64,000 bases of DNA from an uncultured Chroococcidiopsis sp. (GCA_964248365.1 CAXTYC010000011.1:69322-133321), one strand, 5' to 3'; shown: positions 10,075 through 21,711, numbered from the stretch's first letter. Numbers and translations: made by a program. The notes: a model not told the origin generated them from the letters alone.

Positions 10075-11826
10075 CTATTGCAGGATTTCTTCTAACTGAT
10101 GCTGGTTCCATAGCTTTTGGTAAAGTCCTGGTTGTTGCACAAGGAAGGCATGAGTGCCAGATTGAACAATTTGACCTCTATCCATGACAAAAATTCTGTC
10201 AGCTGTGGCAGCAGCGGACAACTGGTGGGAAATAAAAATCACGGTTTTGCGTTGAGTGCCTGAAGAAAGATTTTTCAGAATATCTGTAGCTGTTTGATTA
10301 TCTACGCTGGAGAGAGCATCATCTAAGATCAGCACGGGAGCATCAACTAACAAAGCCCTAGCCAAAGCTGTACGCTGCCTTTGACCACCTGAGAGGGTGA
10401 TACCACGTTCACCGACAATGGTTTCGTATTGCAGCGGAAAATTGAGAATTTCTGCATGAATTTGAGCTTGCTTGGCGCAGTATTCTACTTCTGATTGTTC
10501 ACTTAAAGGATCGCCATAACGGATATTGTTTTTGATCGTGGTGCTGAAAAGGAAACTGTCTTGAGGGACATAGGCGATCGCACTGCGTAAATCTCGTAAT
10601 TTAATCTGAGTAATATCATATCCATCCAAAAATAGTTGTCCTGGCTCAATATCTAATAGACGCGGCAAAGCATTCGCTAAAGTTGATTTTCCCGAACCAA
10701 TTGGACCGACAATCGCCACTGTCTCCCCTGGCGAAATTTCAAGGTTGACATTTTGCAGCGTTTGTGTATTGGTCTCTGGATAGGTGTAACTGAGATTTCG
10801 CGCTATGATTTGCCCCTTGACTTGTTCGAGGGGCAGACTGATGGCATTATCTGTATCTTTAATTTTGGGTGTAACCGTGAGAATTGACTCGATGCGGTCA
10901 ATACTGACTTCACCTCGTTGGTAGGTAGTAATTGTGAAGCCTAATAAGGCAGTGGGGAAAACCAGCCGTTCTACATATAGAATCAGAGCTAAAAAATTAC
11001 CAACGCTTAAGGTTCCCTGGGCGATTCGCCCTGCTCCTAGCCACAGCAGTAGCAGTAAGCTAATATAAGCGAGTCCTCCTATGAGAGGAAACAGTGTATT
11101 TCGAGTTTTTGCTAGCCCTAAATTTGCCTTCAATAGCTGCTGATTATTTTGACCAAAGGCGCGACGCTCATTTTCTTCTTGGGCGTAAATTTTGATCAGA
11201 GCCATGCCGCTCATATCTTCTTGGATCAATTCGCTGATTTGCGACAGTTCTTCCTGTACCGCCATCTGTTGGTTACGCAAGCGATCGCTAAATAACTGTA
11301 CCAAAATCAGCATGAAGGGGTAGACTGCGATCGAGGCTAAAGTTAATGGCACGTTGATCGCTAACATTACAGGCAGTGTGAGGACGTAGGCAAAGAAGGT
11401 ATTCGCCAAAGAAAGGACACCAAATCCCACCAGGCGGCGGATATTTTCTACATCACTGGTTGCCCGATTAATTAAGTCCCCAGTTGCGTTGACATTAAAA
11501 TAACCTGCTTCCAATTGCAGCAGGTGTTGAAAAATCTTTTGTTTCAAATCAAATTCTACCTGCCGCCCTGCACCAAATAGGGCAATGCGCGATACCATGC
11601 GGATCACCCACATCGCCGAGCTAAGTGCGACAATCAGCACTACATACCACCAAATTAGACTGAAGCTGAACTTAACCTGAAGTTTGTCAATGATATTGCG
11701 AATTAGCAATGGAATGTAGACACCCACAGCATTAACAATCAACAGAGCTAAGATGCCGACTGTAACCTGTCGCCAATGGGGACGTAGGTAGGAAAGGAGT
11801 TTAGAGAATCGGGAACTTTGAGCCAT
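10075..11826 (-). CDS. ABC exporter, fused permease/ATP-binding (MdlA-like)
   Basis: N-terminal TM domain; GPIGSGKS Walker A, LSGGQRQR signature, LILDDALS Walker B. Confidence 0.92.
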   Translation of the reverse strand: MAQSSRFSKLLSYLRPHWRQVTVGILALLIVNAVGVYIPLLIRNIIDKLQVKFSFSLIWWYVVLIVALSSAMWVIRMVSRIALFGAGRQVEFDLKQKIFQHLLQLEAGYFNVNATGDLINRATSDVENIRRLVGFGVLSLANTFFAYVLTLPVMLAINVPLTLASIAVYPFMLILVQLFSDRLRNQQMAVQEELSQISELIQEDMSGMALIKIYAQEENERRAFGQNNQQLLKANLGLAKTRNTLFPLIGGLAYISLLLLLWLGAGRIAQGTLSVGNFLALILYVERLVFPTALLGFTITTYQRGEVSIDRIESILTVTPKIKDTDNAISLPLEQVKGQIIARNLSYTYPETNTQTLQNVNLEISPGETVAIVGPIGSGKSTLANALPRLLDIEPGQLFLDGYDITQIKLRDLRSAIAYVPQDSFLFSTTIKNNIRYGDPLSEQSEVEYCAKQAQIHAEILNFPLQYETIVGERGITLSGGQRQRTALARALLVDAPVLILDDALSSVDNQTATDILKNLSSGTQRKTVIFISHQLSAAATADRIFVMDRGQIVQSGTHAFLVQQPGLYQKLWNQHQLEEILQ

Positions 11827-12185
11827 GAAGCGCGAACAAGCGACTTTCTGATCTTAGAGCGATCGCAGCAATGTCTGTCTTCTAGCCCAGGAGTGGGAAG
11901 TAGGGTAATTTAAGAGGCTAGAGGAACCAGAGGCTAGAGGCACGAGGCAAGAGGAAAAACATCTACTGATAACATAAATCACCGAAACAAACGAAAAATC
12001 TAGCCTCTCGCCTCGGGCAACGTGCAACGGGCAAGGGGCAACGAGCCTCTAGCCCCTTGCCCCTTGCCTTTTGGTGAGAGCCTAATATCAATTTGTTTGA
12101 GAGGTGGGGCAATTGATCATCTCATACTCCACTACCCTAACCATCAGTTAAATTAAAAAAGTTGTCAAACCACAAGGAAAAGAGA

Positions 12186-13184
12186 ATGTCGCCTCTAAAA
12201 CCAACCGTTTTAGTTACTGGCGGAGCAGGATATATTGGCTCCCACGCTGTACTTGCCTTGAAACGCGCTGGCTACGGCGTGATTGTTCTCGATAACCTGG
12301 TGTATGGACATCGGGATTTGGTGGAAAAAGTTTTACAGGTAGAGCTAATTGTCGGTGATACAAATGACCGCGCACTGTTGGATGAGTTGTTTACCAAACA
12401 TAATATTGCCGCCGTCATGCACTTTTCTGCCTATGCTTATGTAGGCGAATCAGTTACTGACCCTGATAAGTATTACCGTAATAACGTTGTTGGCACTCTA
12501 ACTTTACTAGAAGCAATGCTGACAGCGTCGGTCAAGTATTTTGTCTTTTCTTCTACTTGTGCCACCTACGGAGTACCCAAGACAGTTCCAATTCCTGAAG
12601 ATCATCCCCAAAATCCGATTAATCCCTATGGAGCCACTAAATTAATGGTCGAGCGGATTTTAGCAGATTTTGATGCCGCTTATGGGTTCAAGTCTGTATG
12701 TTTTCGCTACTTCAACGCCGCTGGTGCTGATCCGACTGGCTTATTAGGGGAGGATCATAACCCAGAAACCCATTTAATTCCCCTAGTTCTGATGGCGGCT
12801 ATGGGTAAACGTGAATCTGTTTCAATTTTCGGCACTGATTACCCCACTCCAGACGGTACTTGTGTCCGAGATTATATTCATGTTAGCGACTTGGCAGATG
12901 CTCACATCTTGGGTGTGGAATATCTTCTTAAGGGTGGCGATACCACAGTCTTTAACTTAGGCAATGGAAATGGCTTTTCAGTTAAACAAGTAATCGACAC
13001 AGCTAGAAGTGTAACAGGTCGGGATATCAAAGTGGTAGAGGGCGATCGCCGTCCTGGAGATCCTCCAGCACTCGTTGGTAGCAGCGACAAAGCCAGAAAA
13101 ATTTTGGGCTGGAACCCTCAGTATCCAGCCCTAGAAGAAATTCTTAATCATGCTTGGCAGTGGCATCAACGCCGCCATGAATAA
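12186..13184 (+). CDS. galE: UDP-glucose 4-epimerase
   Basis: VLVTGGAGYIGSH, FSSTCATYG, NPYGATK, FRYFNAAGA, DGTCVRDYIHV. Confidence 0.95.
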   Translation: MSPLKPTVLVTGGAGYIGSHAVLALKRAGYGVIVLDNLVYGHRDLVEKVLQVELIVGDTNDRALLDELFTKHNIAAVMHFSAYAYVGESVTDPDKYYRNNVVGTLTLLEAMLTASVKYFVFSSTCATYGVPKTVPIPEDHPQNPINPYGATKLMVERILADFDAAYGFKSVCFRYFNAAGADPTGLLGEDHNPETHLIPLVLMAAMGKRESVSIFGTDYPTPDGTCVRDYIHVSDLADAHILGVEYLLKGGDTTVFNLGNGNGFSVKQVIDTARSVTGRDIKVVEGDRRPGDPPALVGSSDKARKILGWNPQYPALEEILNHAWQWHQRRHE

Positions 13185-13338
13185 AAGCGCGGAGCGGTTA
13201 GCCATTAGCTTTTAGCTGTTAGCGAGTAGCAACACTCATTGACACCCTCTCGTATTAAAGATCTAAAAAGGCTAGCTCCAAAGAAGATCTACTAACAGTG
13301 TTCTCACAACAGCTAACCGCTAATAGCTAATAGCTTTC

Positions 13339-14019
13339 TTAACAAGCCCCATGTTTGGCAACAATCACGTAAATCGTTTTAGCTATTATGTATAAGTCGT
13401 ACAAGGGATGCCAACGCTTTTGATAGCGCAAATCGAGATTAACAATTTCCTCAAAGTCTTTGACGCTAGAACGACCATTTACTTGCCATTCACCCGTCAA
13501 ACCTGGCTTGACATTTAATCTTTGCCAGTGACGCTCGTTGTATTGAGCAACTTCGTCAGCTGTTGGTGGGCGAGTTCCGACTAAACTCATTTCGCCTACC
13601 AGCACGTTCCAAAACTGGGGTAGTTCGTCCAAGCTTGAGCTTCTCAGAAAACGACCTACTCTTGTTACTCGCGGATCTTTTTTATTCTTAAAAATTAGTC
13701 CTGACGCTTCGTTAGTCACTTGCGCCTTTAAAACATCAGCATTGTCAACCATTGAGCGAAATTTCCGCAAGCGGAAGACTTTTCCCTGTAGTCCATAACG
13801 CTCTTGACTATAAAATATAGCTCCTGGGCTATCGAGCTTGATAGCGATCGCCACTGGCACGAATACTATAGCTAGGATTAGCAGCCCCACCAAACTGCCA
13901 ATGATGTCCAAGCATCGCTTGAATAACGAGTAAGCTGATGGGTGGACGGATTGCGGCTCCGAGGATTTGTGTTCGGGAGCCTTGAGAATTGTAGGGAACG
14001 GTGCTTGGTACATCGTCAC
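13339..14019 (-). CDS. Bacterial sugar transferase (polyprenyl glycosylphosphotransferase)
   Basis: KRCLDI, KFRSM, DPRVTRVGRFLR..SLDELPQFWNVL.GEMSLVGTRP, KPGLTG.WQV.GRS. Confidence 0.92.
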   Translation of the reverse strand: MTMYQAPFPTILKAPEHKSSEPQSVHPSAYSLFKRCLDIIGSLVGLLILAIVFVPVAIAIKLDSPGAIFYSQERYGLQGKVFRLRKFRSMVDNADVLKAQVTNEASGLIFKNKKDPRVTRVGRFLRSSSLDELPQFWNVLVGEMSLVGTRPPTADEVAQYNERHWQRLNVKPGLTGEWQVNGRSSVKDFEEIVNLDLRYQKRWHPLYDLYIIAKTIYVIVAKHGAC

Positions 14020-14275
14020 GATTGAACCTACGACTGAAAAACCGTAATTTTACTTATACTGTATCCCGAATATAAACTTACTCTTGACTAAAATAACAGT
14101 GTTTTTGCTTACAATTTGTCGAATCTTTATTAAGATCAACTGCCTACTTAGCCTTTGTAAAGTTTACGTAAAGATGCACTGTTCAGGGTTTATACGTAGA
14201 AAAGTGAGAATCGCCCACTCAAATATACTTATCAAATAGCACAGTTAACTTCACCCATGATTTTTCCATAATCTT

Positions 14276-14815
14276 ATGACACTGCCTAACTGGGTCACAT
14301 TCTCCCGCCTATTGGCATTACCGTTGCTGCTATTTTATTTACAAAATCCTTCCTCGGAAAATCGTTGGTTTAGTTTAGGCATCTTTCTAGTTGCCGCATT
14401 GACCGATTGGTTGGACGGTTACTTAGCTCGAAGATTTAACTGTATAACAGAACTTGGAAAATTTCTAGATCCCTTGGTAGATAAGCTATTAATATTAGCG
14501 CCGATGTTGGCACTGATTGAACAGAGGCAGCTTCCTGCTTGGGGAGTATTTTTAATTTTGGCGCGGGAATTGACGATCGCAGCTTGGCGCGTCACTCCCA
14601 GTTTGACTGGGAGCAAAGCAATTGTAGGAGCTAACAAGTGGGGCAAACTCAAAACTGTGAGTCAAATCGTAGCCCTCTCCCTACTAATTGCTCCCTTACC
14701 AACCACCTGGCATATTCCTTCCTTGATTGCTTTCTGGATTTGTGTCGCCCTGACGTTAATCTCAGGGGCGATTTATTTATTGCCGCCTGAAAGAGAGCTA
14801 GGGGCTAGGGGCTAG
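14276..14815 (+). CDS. pgsA: CDP-diacylglycerol--glycerol-3-phosphate 3-phosphatidyltransferase
   Basis: MTLPNWVTFSR, TDWLDGYLAR...GKFLDPLVDK CDP-alcohol phosphotransferase motif. Confidence 0.93.
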   Translation: MTLPNWVTFSRLLALPLLLFYLQNPSSENRWFSLGIFLVAALTDWLDGYLARRFNCITELGKFLDPLVDKLLILAPMLALIEQRQLPAWGVFLILARELTIAAWRVTPSLTGSKAIVGANKWGKLKTVSQIVALSLLIAPLPTTWHIPSLIAFWICVALTLISGAIYLLPPERELGARG

Positions 14816-14905
14816 GGGCTAAGGGCTTGGGAGAGGGGGAGAGTGGGAGAGTGGGAGAGGGGGAAGATGGGCAAATAAATTTCTAGTTCCTCCAGCCTCT
14901 AGCCC

Positions 14906-15850
14906 CTAGCCCCTAGCCCCTGATTTGAGAATCTCGTCATCCATTGAAAAATCGACTTCAGCTTTGTCTCGGCTCTTGGCAAGGTAGTCGTTTTGGAAGG
15001 AGTCTTTTAGACCTGAGATTAAGTCAAATTCGGGCTGCCAATTTAGATCAGTCATCGCCTTATGCACACAAGCAAAGAAATGCTGTACTCGCAGCGGAAA
15101 TGCCTTGCGCTTGCCAAAATCAAACTTTTTGGGGTCATAGTGGGCAATTTGTAAATCGGCAGCAGATTTACCCACAGCTTCAGCACAAGCACGGGCTAAA
15201 CCATCAAAAGTAACGTAGCGATCGCCTGAAACATTATAAATTTGCCCAACCGCTTGCCCATTGCCTAAAACCTTACACATTGCCTGTGCCAAATCTTGCA
15301 CATGACCCATTTGAGTGATATGTAACCCATTGCCTGGAATGGGAATGGGGCGATCGCGTACAATTCTATCAAAAAACCAGCTTTCCAAGTCGTTATAGTT
15401 ACCAGCACCGTAAATATACGTAGGGCGAATTGAGGTAAACGGCAATCCTAACAGAGTTAGAAAAGCTTCGGTTTCATGTTTACCTCGGTGGCGACTTTTT
15501 GGATCTATAGGATCGCCCTCAACATGGGGCAAATAGTCAGAGCGCATATACACACCAGCCGAACTCATGTAAACAAAGTGCTGCACAGAATCTTTAAAGA
15601 GATCGGCTAGCGGTTGGGTGTCACTTACTTCTCTGCCATTGTTGTCAAATATTGCATCAAAATGTTCTTGGGATAACTTTTCCTTTAACGATTCAGGGTT
15701 GGTGCGATCGCCCCTTATCTGTAACACTCCCTCACAGGGAGCCGTCCGATTACCACGATTAAACAACACCACCTCATGACCTTGTTCCATCAGCATTTTA
15801 GTCAGATGGACACCAATGAAGCGCGTGCCACCCATAATTAAAATTCGCAT
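14906..15850 (-). CDS. NAD-dependent epimerase/dehydratase family protein (CSP41b-like)
   Basis: MRILIMGGTRFIG, DNNGRE, MSSAGVY, RPTYIYG, KRKAFPLRVQHFF. Confidence 0.85.
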   Translation of the reverse strand: MRILIMGGTRFIGVHLTKMLMEQGHEVVLFNRGNRTAPCEGVLQIRGDRTNPESLKEKLSQEHFDAIFDNNGREVSDTQPLADLFKDSVQHFVYMSSAGVYMRSDYLPHVEGDPIDPKSRHRGKHETEAFLTLLGLPFTSIRPTYIYGAGNYNDLESWFFDRIVRDRPIPIPGNGLHITQMGHVQDLAQAMCKVLGNGQAVGQIYNVSGDRYVTFDGLARACAEAVGKSAADLQIAHYDPKKFDFGKRKAFPLRVQHFFACVHKAMTDLNWQPEFDLISGLKDSFQNDYLAKSRDKAEVDFSMDDEILKSGARG

Positions 15851-16122
15851 AATTTCCCCCCTCTTGCTTATCCTCAAACTTTTTCTTAACCAGCTTGGCT
15901 AATTTGAGGGTATCAGGTTACGTCATCAAACACCGAACCAATCCTCAGTTAATAACGTCTTTATTGATGAGCCAGTAAAAACCAGCCTTTATGACTTAAT
16001 AACTACCTGTCTGTTCCACCAGAGCTGTGTATCATCCACAATCACAATTGGAAATTTCTTGCCAGATATGGTCTTAATAATAAATACTTTCAACATACTT
16101 TTAATATCAACTTAAGTGAGCC

Positions 16123-17256
16123 GTGCCTTTGAAGTATGCACTTGTCCATGAGTGGTTAACGCCCCTCGCTAGGGGTGGTTCAGAACTGGTAGTGCAGGAA
16201 ATTCTCAAGTTAATTGATGCCGATGTGTATGCCCTGATTGACTTTGAATCTACCAACCCCCAGAGTTATCTGTTCGGGCGGGAGATTGGCACAACGTTTA
16301 TGCAACACTTCCCGCAATCCCGCCAAGGTGTACAGAAGTATCTGCCTTTTTTACCCCTAGCAATTGAACAGTTGGATTTACGGGCATATGATGTGATTGT
16401 TTCCTCTTCTCACACTGTTGCCAAAGGAGTCCTTACCAGCCCCCAGCAGTTGCACATCTGCTACTGTCATGCGCCGATGCGTTTTGCTTGGGATATGACA
16501 TTTGATTACCTGGATAGTAGCAAGATGGGTCACGGTTTGCCTGGGATTTTGACTAGGTATTTACTCCATCAATTGCGGCAATGGGACACAATAACAGCAA
16601 ATCGAGTCGATCATTTTATTGCCAACTCCCAACATACTGCTCGTCGCATCTGGCGTTGCTACCGTCGAGAAGCAACGGTGATTTATCCGCCAGTTAACAT
16701 TGAGCGATTTCCCTTTCTCACCTCAAAACAAGATTTTTATGTAACAGTTTCGCGCTTAGTTAGCTATAAACAAGTATCTCTAATTGTCCGTGCTTTTAAT
16801 CAACTCAAAAAGCCTTTGGTAGTAATTGGCACAGGACCAGAACTACCCATGATTCGCAAATTGGCGCAACAGCATATACAGGTGCTGGGGGCGCAACCAA
16901 ATGATGTGGTGGAGAAGTATATGGCTGGGGCGAGAGCATTTGTTTATGCAGCGATGGAAGATTTTGGTATTGCCATAGTCGAGGCTCAAGCCTGTGGTAC
17001 ACCAGTAATTGCCTATAGTGCTGGAGGAGCTTTAGAAACAGTGCGAGATTTGCGCCAATACCCAGAGTGTGGTACAGGTATATTTTTTCCGACACAAACT
17101 GTAGAGGCTTTAGTTAGAGCTGTGGAGCAGTTTGAAGAGAAGCTAGCAGGTTTTAATCCTGAGTCTGCGCGATCCCAGGCTGCTCGATTTGCCCCTACAA
17201 TTTTTGAAGAACGTTTTATGGCTTTTTTAGAACGTTCGTGCCAAAAGTTACCTTGA
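16123..17256 (+). CDS. Glycosyltransferase family 4
   Basis: ALVHEWL..GGSE, HICYCHAPMR, EDFGIAIVEAQACGTPVI. Confidence 0.9.
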   Translation: MPLKYALVHEWLTPLARGGSELVVQEILKLIDADVYALIDFESTNPQSYLFGREIGTTFMQHFPQSRQGVQKYLPFLPLAIEQLDLRAYDVIVSSSHTVAKGVLTSPQQLHICYCHAPMRFAWDMTFDYLDSSKMGHGLPGILTRYLLHQLRQWDTITANRVDHFIANSQHTARRIWRCYRREATVIYPPVNIERFPFLTSKQDFYVTVSRLVSYKQVSLIVRAFNQLKKPLVVIGTGPELPMIRKLAQQHIQVLGAQPNDVVEKYMAGARAFVYAAMEDFGIAIVEAQACGTPVIAYSAGGALETVRDLRQYPECGTGIFFPTQTVEALVRAVEQFEEKLAGFNPESARSQAARFAPTIFEERFMAFLERSCQKLP

Positions 17257-17377
17257 CTACCTGTTAGCTTTTGATTCAAGCGTTGGTTTTGCCACTTTTG
17301 GAATCAAATTTGCCTCCTTTTGGTGTCTTCTGGCTTTAAGATTGGGACTATGTGTGTGGTGTGGATTGTTAAGGAGT

Positions 17378-18109
17378 ATGATGACTGCCCAAAGCTCGCT
17401 CCTCTCTAGCAAGCGATCGCAGACTTTCGTAAAACGTGGTCAAGATCCCTTTAGAACCAGAGGCAAACCCAATGGTTTGTCGGCTCTTCTTGACAGAGAG
17501 TTTGTTAAACGACTGTTCGACATTGTATTTTCGCTTTTGGTTTTGATTTTGTTTTCCCCAGTTTACTTGCTATTAGGCTTACTAATTGCTTCCAGTTCGC
17601 CAGGTCCAATTTTCTATATCCAGAAACGAGTTGGTAAAAATTACAAGCCTTTTAATTGTATTAAATTCAGAACAATGGTAGTCAATGCCGACGAAATGTT
17701 GTTGGAATTGATCGCCCAATCACCTGGATTAAAGCAGGAATTCGAGGATAACTTCAAGTTGAAAAAAGACCCTCGAATCACTAAGATTGGATATTTTTTA
17801 CGCTTAACCAGTCTGGATGAATTTCCCCAATTCTGGAACGTTTTGAAAGGTGACATGAGTGTTGTGGGTCCCCGACCTCTAGTGGCTGAAGAATTACCCA
17901 GGTACGGTCGCCATATTGACAAAGTATTGACCATCAAGCCAGGAATCACTGGGTTATGGCAAGTTTCTGGGCGCAATGATATTCCTTACCCTCGGAGGGT
18001 GCAAATAGACCTTTACTATGCCAATTCTCACAATATATGGTTGGATTTGTGGGTAATTTTTAAAACATTTGGTGTAGTGATTATACCTAAAAATAAAGGG
18101 GCTTATTGA
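17378..18109 (+). CDS. Bacterial sugar transferase (HepC/WcaJ-like undecaprenyl-phosphate glycosylphosphotransferase)
   Basis: KRLFDI, KFRTM, DPRITKIG.FLR.TSLDEFPQFWNVLKGDMSVVGPRP; AGGAG RBS before ATG 17378. Confidence 0.9.
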   Translation: MMTAQSSLLSSKRSQTFVKRGQDPFRTRGKPNGLSALLDREFVKRLFDIVFSLLVLILFSPVYLLLGLLIASSSPGPIFYIQKRVGKNYKPFNCIKFRTMVVNADEMLLELIAQSPGLKQEFEDNFKLKKDPRITKIGYFLRLTSLDEFPQFWNVLKGDMSVVGPRPLVAEELPRYGRHIDKVLTIKPGITGLWQVSGRNDIPYPRRVQIDLYYANSHNIWLDLWVIFKTFGVVIIPKNKGAY

Positions 18110-18609
18110 CAAAAAAAGCAAGAAAAATTTTCTTGCTTTCTTCTGGGGGTAGTCATGCCCCCTTTTTGCTAAATAAGCTGTTAGCGGTTAGCTATTAGCT
18201 TTTAGCAACTATTGACGCTTGGTTACAAAGATAACCATTGCTAGAAACTGTGGAGGAGCGTGCCAGCACAGAGGCTAACGGCTAACAGCTTTTTTAGTCA
18301 CCCAACAATATTTTTACTAATACCTTTCCATTTGAATAGGATTAGTACAGATATTTAAATGCCGCTGAAATTAAATTAATACGAATTCCATCAAATCTTT
18401 GCAAAGACTCAACAATTACTTAATAATTTCCCAGAGGTTTTCAGTTAACCTTAATTTAACTTTGTCAATTTTAAGCCAATAAAGTTGCCGCAAAAGCTAA
18501 AAACGGAAAAAAATTAAGTAATTTCTACGTAGGCAAATTAGTGGTTGATTGCTTAAGTTGTAGCAGTTGTTCTGAGAAATTTTTCAGATAGTTTAGGAAT
18601 AGGTAATAT

Positions 18610-19686
18610 ATGACACAAAAAAAGCGAGCTTTAATTACTGGGATTACAGGACAAGACGGCTCTTACCTAAGTGAGTTCTTGCTGTCTCAAGGCTATGAGG
18701 TACATGGTATCATCCGGCGGACTTCAACATTTAACACAGATCGGATCGATCATATTTACGAAGATCCACACAAACAAGGAGTGCGGTTATTTCTGCACTA
18801 TGGTGACTTGACCGATGGTACTACTTTGCGCCGGATTTTAGAAGAAGTAAAGCCAACAGAAATTTACAACCTAGGTTCTCAATCCCACGTCCGAGTGAGC
18901 TTTGACTCACCAGAATACACTGTAGATTCAGTTGGGATGGGAACACTGCGCCTATTGGAAGCAATTCGAGACTACCAGCAACGGACTGGAATTGAAGTGC
19001 GATTCTACCAAGCTGGTTCTTCTGAGATGTATGGTCTAGTTCAGGAAGTACCACAAAAGGAGACAACGCCATTTTATCCGCGTAGTCCTTATGCTTGTGC
19101 AAAAGTTTACGCTCATTGGCAGACAGTAAATTATAGAGAATCCTATGATTTATTTGCGTGTAATGGAATACTTTTTAACCACGAAAGCCCGCGTCGGGGA
19201 GAAACTTTCGTAACCCGCAAAATTACACGAGCAGTCGCCCGCATCGTTGCTGGTAAGCAGAAAAATCTTTACATGGGTAATCTAGATGCCAAGCGGGACT
19301 GGGGGTATGCCAAGGATTACGTCAAAGCCATGTGGATGATGTTACAGCAAGACAAGCCAGATGATTATGTGATTGCTACTGGCGAAACCCACTCAGTTAA
19401 AGAGTTTCTCGATTTAGCTTTTGGTTATGTCAATCTTGATTGGCAGAATTACGTAGAGTTTGACGATCGCTACCTCAGACCTGCTGAAGTAGAATTATTA
19501 ATCGGCGATCCTACCAAGGCACAGCAAAAATTAGGCTGGAAACCTTCAGTCACATTCAAAGAACTAGTAGCCTTAATGGTAGAAGCAGACTTGAATGCGC
19601 TAGGTCATACTTCACCCAATGGCGACGGTCATCAAAATGAAGATATAGCTACAATTCGCCAAGCGTTGGTTGGTTTCTTATCCTAA
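18610..19686 (+). CDS. gmd: GDP-mannose 4,6-dehydratase
   Basis: [53 protein letters not shown]. Confidence 0.97.
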   Translation: MTQKKRALITGITGQDGSYLSEFLLSQGYEVHGIIRRTSTFNTDRIDHIYEDPHKQGVRLFLHYGDLTDGTTLRRILEEVKPTEIYNLGSQSHVRVSFDSPEYTVDSVGMGTLRLLEAIRDYQQRTGIEVRFYQAGSSEMYGLVQEVPQKETTPFYPRSPYACAKVYAHWQTVNYRESYDLFACNGILFNHESPRRGETFVTRKITRAVARIVAGKQKNLYMGNLDAKRDWGYAKDYVKAMWMMLQQDKPDDYVIATGETHSVKEFLDLAFGYVNLDWQNYVEFDDRYLRPAEVELLIGDPTKAQQKLGWKPSVTFKELVALMVEADLNALGHTSPNGDGHQNEDIATIRQALVGFLS

Positions 19687-19705
19687 TACACCTGCTTTTG
19701 ATGTT

Positions 19706-20650
19706 ATGACCGCCTTAGATTTCAAAAACAAACGCATACTTGTGACTGGCGGCGCTGGGTTTCTTGGTCGTCAAGTAATCGACCAGCTGTGTAAAGCTGG
19801 TGCTGACCAGCACAAGATTACCACAGTGCGATCGCGCGATCTTGATTTACGTGTCCTAGAAAATTGCCACCGCGCAGTTGACCAACAGGATATAGTAATT
19901 CACCTAGCAGCTCACGTTGGTGGTATTGGCTTAAATCAGGTAAAACCAGCAGAGCTATTCTACGACAACCTGATGATGGGCGCTCAACTAATTCACGCCG
20001 CCTACCAAGCCCAAGTAGAAAAATTTGTCTGTGTTGGCACTATCTGCGCTTATCCCAAGTTCACGCCAGTACCATTCAAAGAGGATGATATTTGGAATGG
20101 CTACCCAGAGGAAACCAATGCTCCTTATGGTATCGCCAAAAAAGCTCTGTTAGTCCAACTACAAGCTTATCGGCAGCAGTACGGCTTCAACGGCATTTAC
20201 CTTTTGCCAGTAAACTTATATGGACCAGAAGACAACTTTGATCCTAAAAGTTCTCACGTCATCCCAGCTTTAATTCGTAAAGTACACGAAGCCCAAGTAC
20301 GGGGAGAAAAGCAACTACCCGTTTGGGGCGACGGTAGCCCCACCCGCGAATTCCTCTACTCAGAAGATGCCGCACGGGGTATAGTCATGGGTACTCAATT
20401 CTACAACGAATCTGAACCAGTTAACCTGGGTACGGGTTACGAAATTACTATCCGCGACTTAATTACCCTCATCTGCGAATTGATGGAGTTTGACGGGGAA
20501 ATTGTCTGGGAAACCGACAAACCGAATGGACAACCCCGCCGCTGTTTGGATACCGAACGGGCAAAACAAGCCTTTGGTTTTGTCACCCAAGTGGACTTTC
20601 GGCAAGGGTTGAAAAATACCATCGACTGGTATCGCCAACACGCTAGCTAA
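19706..20650 (+). CDS. fcl: GDP-L-fucose synthase
   Basis: [48 protein letters not shown]; directly after gmd. Confidence 0.93.
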   Translation: MTALDFKNKRILVTGGAGFLGRQVIDQLCKAGADQHKITTVRSRDLDLRVLENCHRAVDQQDIVIHLAAHVGGIGLNQVKPAELFYDNLMMGAQLIHAAYQAQVEKFVCVGTICAYPKFTPVPFKEDDIWNGYPEETNAPYGIAKKALLVQLQAYRQQYGFNGIYLLPVNLYGPEDNFDPKSSHVIPALIRKVHEAQVRGEKQLPVWGDGSPTREFLYSEDAARGIVMGTQFYNESEPVNLGTGYEITIRDLITLICELMEFDGEIVWETDKPNGQPRRCLDTERAKQAFGFVTQVDFRQGLKNTIDWYRQHAS

Positions 20651-20670
20651 GTTCAAACCATACATCTATC

Positions 20671-20692
20671 GTAGGGTGGGCAATGCCCACCT
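20671..20692 (+). repeat. GTAG-type REP-like palindrome
   Basis: GTAGGGTGGGCAATGCCCACCT; related copies at 21427-21464 (interrupted), 21647-21666, 51362-51384 and 52181-52203. Confidence 0.75.
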
Positions 20693-20714
20693 TATTTATT
20701 TTTTGGCGCTAAAT

Positions 20715-21422
20715 CTACTCAAAAGACAAATTAACACTAATGCCATAGTGGTCACTCACAGGTTTACCATTAGCTTTGTAAGCTTGCCATTTGTTGACAT
20801 TGCTCACTCTTTTTGCCCATTCTACACTCAGACAAATATGATCGATGTTATAGCCAATTTCATCGTTAGCGGTTACACAAATTAAGTTGTTTTGCTCTAG
20901 TGCATTGTTGAGCATTTCCCTTCCCTTGGCTGTTCCGTAACACAAAGGTTGACTTAGCGCTTCATTAAAGTCACCCGCAACACAAAAGGGCAAGCAGGAG
21001 TTTAATTTCGCCCAATCTTTACTATGCAGTTCTATTGATTGATAGTGCCGTTCCCATACTTTTGCCTCTCCATCGCTTACACTATCATGCGCCCAAGTGA
21101 TAATGGTTCCATAAACTAGGAAGTTTCCTGATGGTGATTCAATTTCAACACAAATAGCAAGCGTTGGATCGTAAGTTTGCGATCGCTTAATCGGAAACCG
21201 AGACCAAATAGTAGTGTAATTAAAGCCATGCCATTCTGGTTGAGAATAACTGGCAGCTTTAGAATATTCCTTACCTAGATTTATAACATCATTAGTTTCA
21301 GTCAAGATCCAGATATCAGCATTAATTTCTTGAATTTGCTTGAGAATAACAGGATTTTTACTCCAACCATTGGGTTTGGGTTTTTCAAGATTCCAAGTAG
21401 CAATTTTGAGTGAATTCGACAT
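20715..21422 (-). CDS. Endonuclease/exonuclease/phosphatase (EEP) family protein
   Basis: LKIATWNL, ADIWILTE, VAGDFN, IDHI, SDH motifs. Confidence 0.85.
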   Translation of the reverse strand: MSNSLKIATWNLEKPKPNGWSKNPVILKQIQEINADIWILTETNDVINLGKEYSKAASYSQPEWHGFNYTTIWSRFPIKRSQTYDPTLAICVEIESPSGNFLVYGTIITWAHDSVSDGEAKVWERHYQSIELHSKDWAKLNSCLPFCVAGDFNEALSQPLCYGTAKGREMLNNALEQNNLICVTANDEIGYNIDHICLSVEWAKRVSNVNKWQAYKANGKPVSDHYGISVNLSFE

Positions 21423-21584
21423 AGTTAGGTGGGATATGAGGCTATATGTTAGGATGCCCACCTTCATTAGCTCGTCTTGTCACATAGACAACGATTGTAG
21501 ACTTGGCACAAAACCAGCAATTTGTCAAGCGGTAGTATTAGATTGTAGGCTGCACAGCATAACTGCCTGTTTAGTGTTGGTATT

Positions 21585-21614
21585 GCGTTAGCGAAGCGTG
21601 AGCGTAGTTATCGC
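21585..21614 (-). mobile_element. HIP1-splitting very small dispersed repeat (SDR5-like)
   Basis: Reverse complement reads GCGAT-AACTACGCTCACGCTTCGCTAA-CGC, identical to 62529-62558 and 62881-62910. Confidence 0.75.
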
Positions 21615-21711
21615 TCCACAAACAACCACGAAGCTAGCTAATCATCAGGTAGACAATGCCCACCTTCTTTGTAAATACAACAGAACTAACTACTCTACTT
21701 TTACTTATGTA

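Noticed and set aside
19670..19705. Apparent gmd/fcl overlap
   Set aside because: It disappears if fcl starts at ATG 19706, which gives a normal N-terminus.
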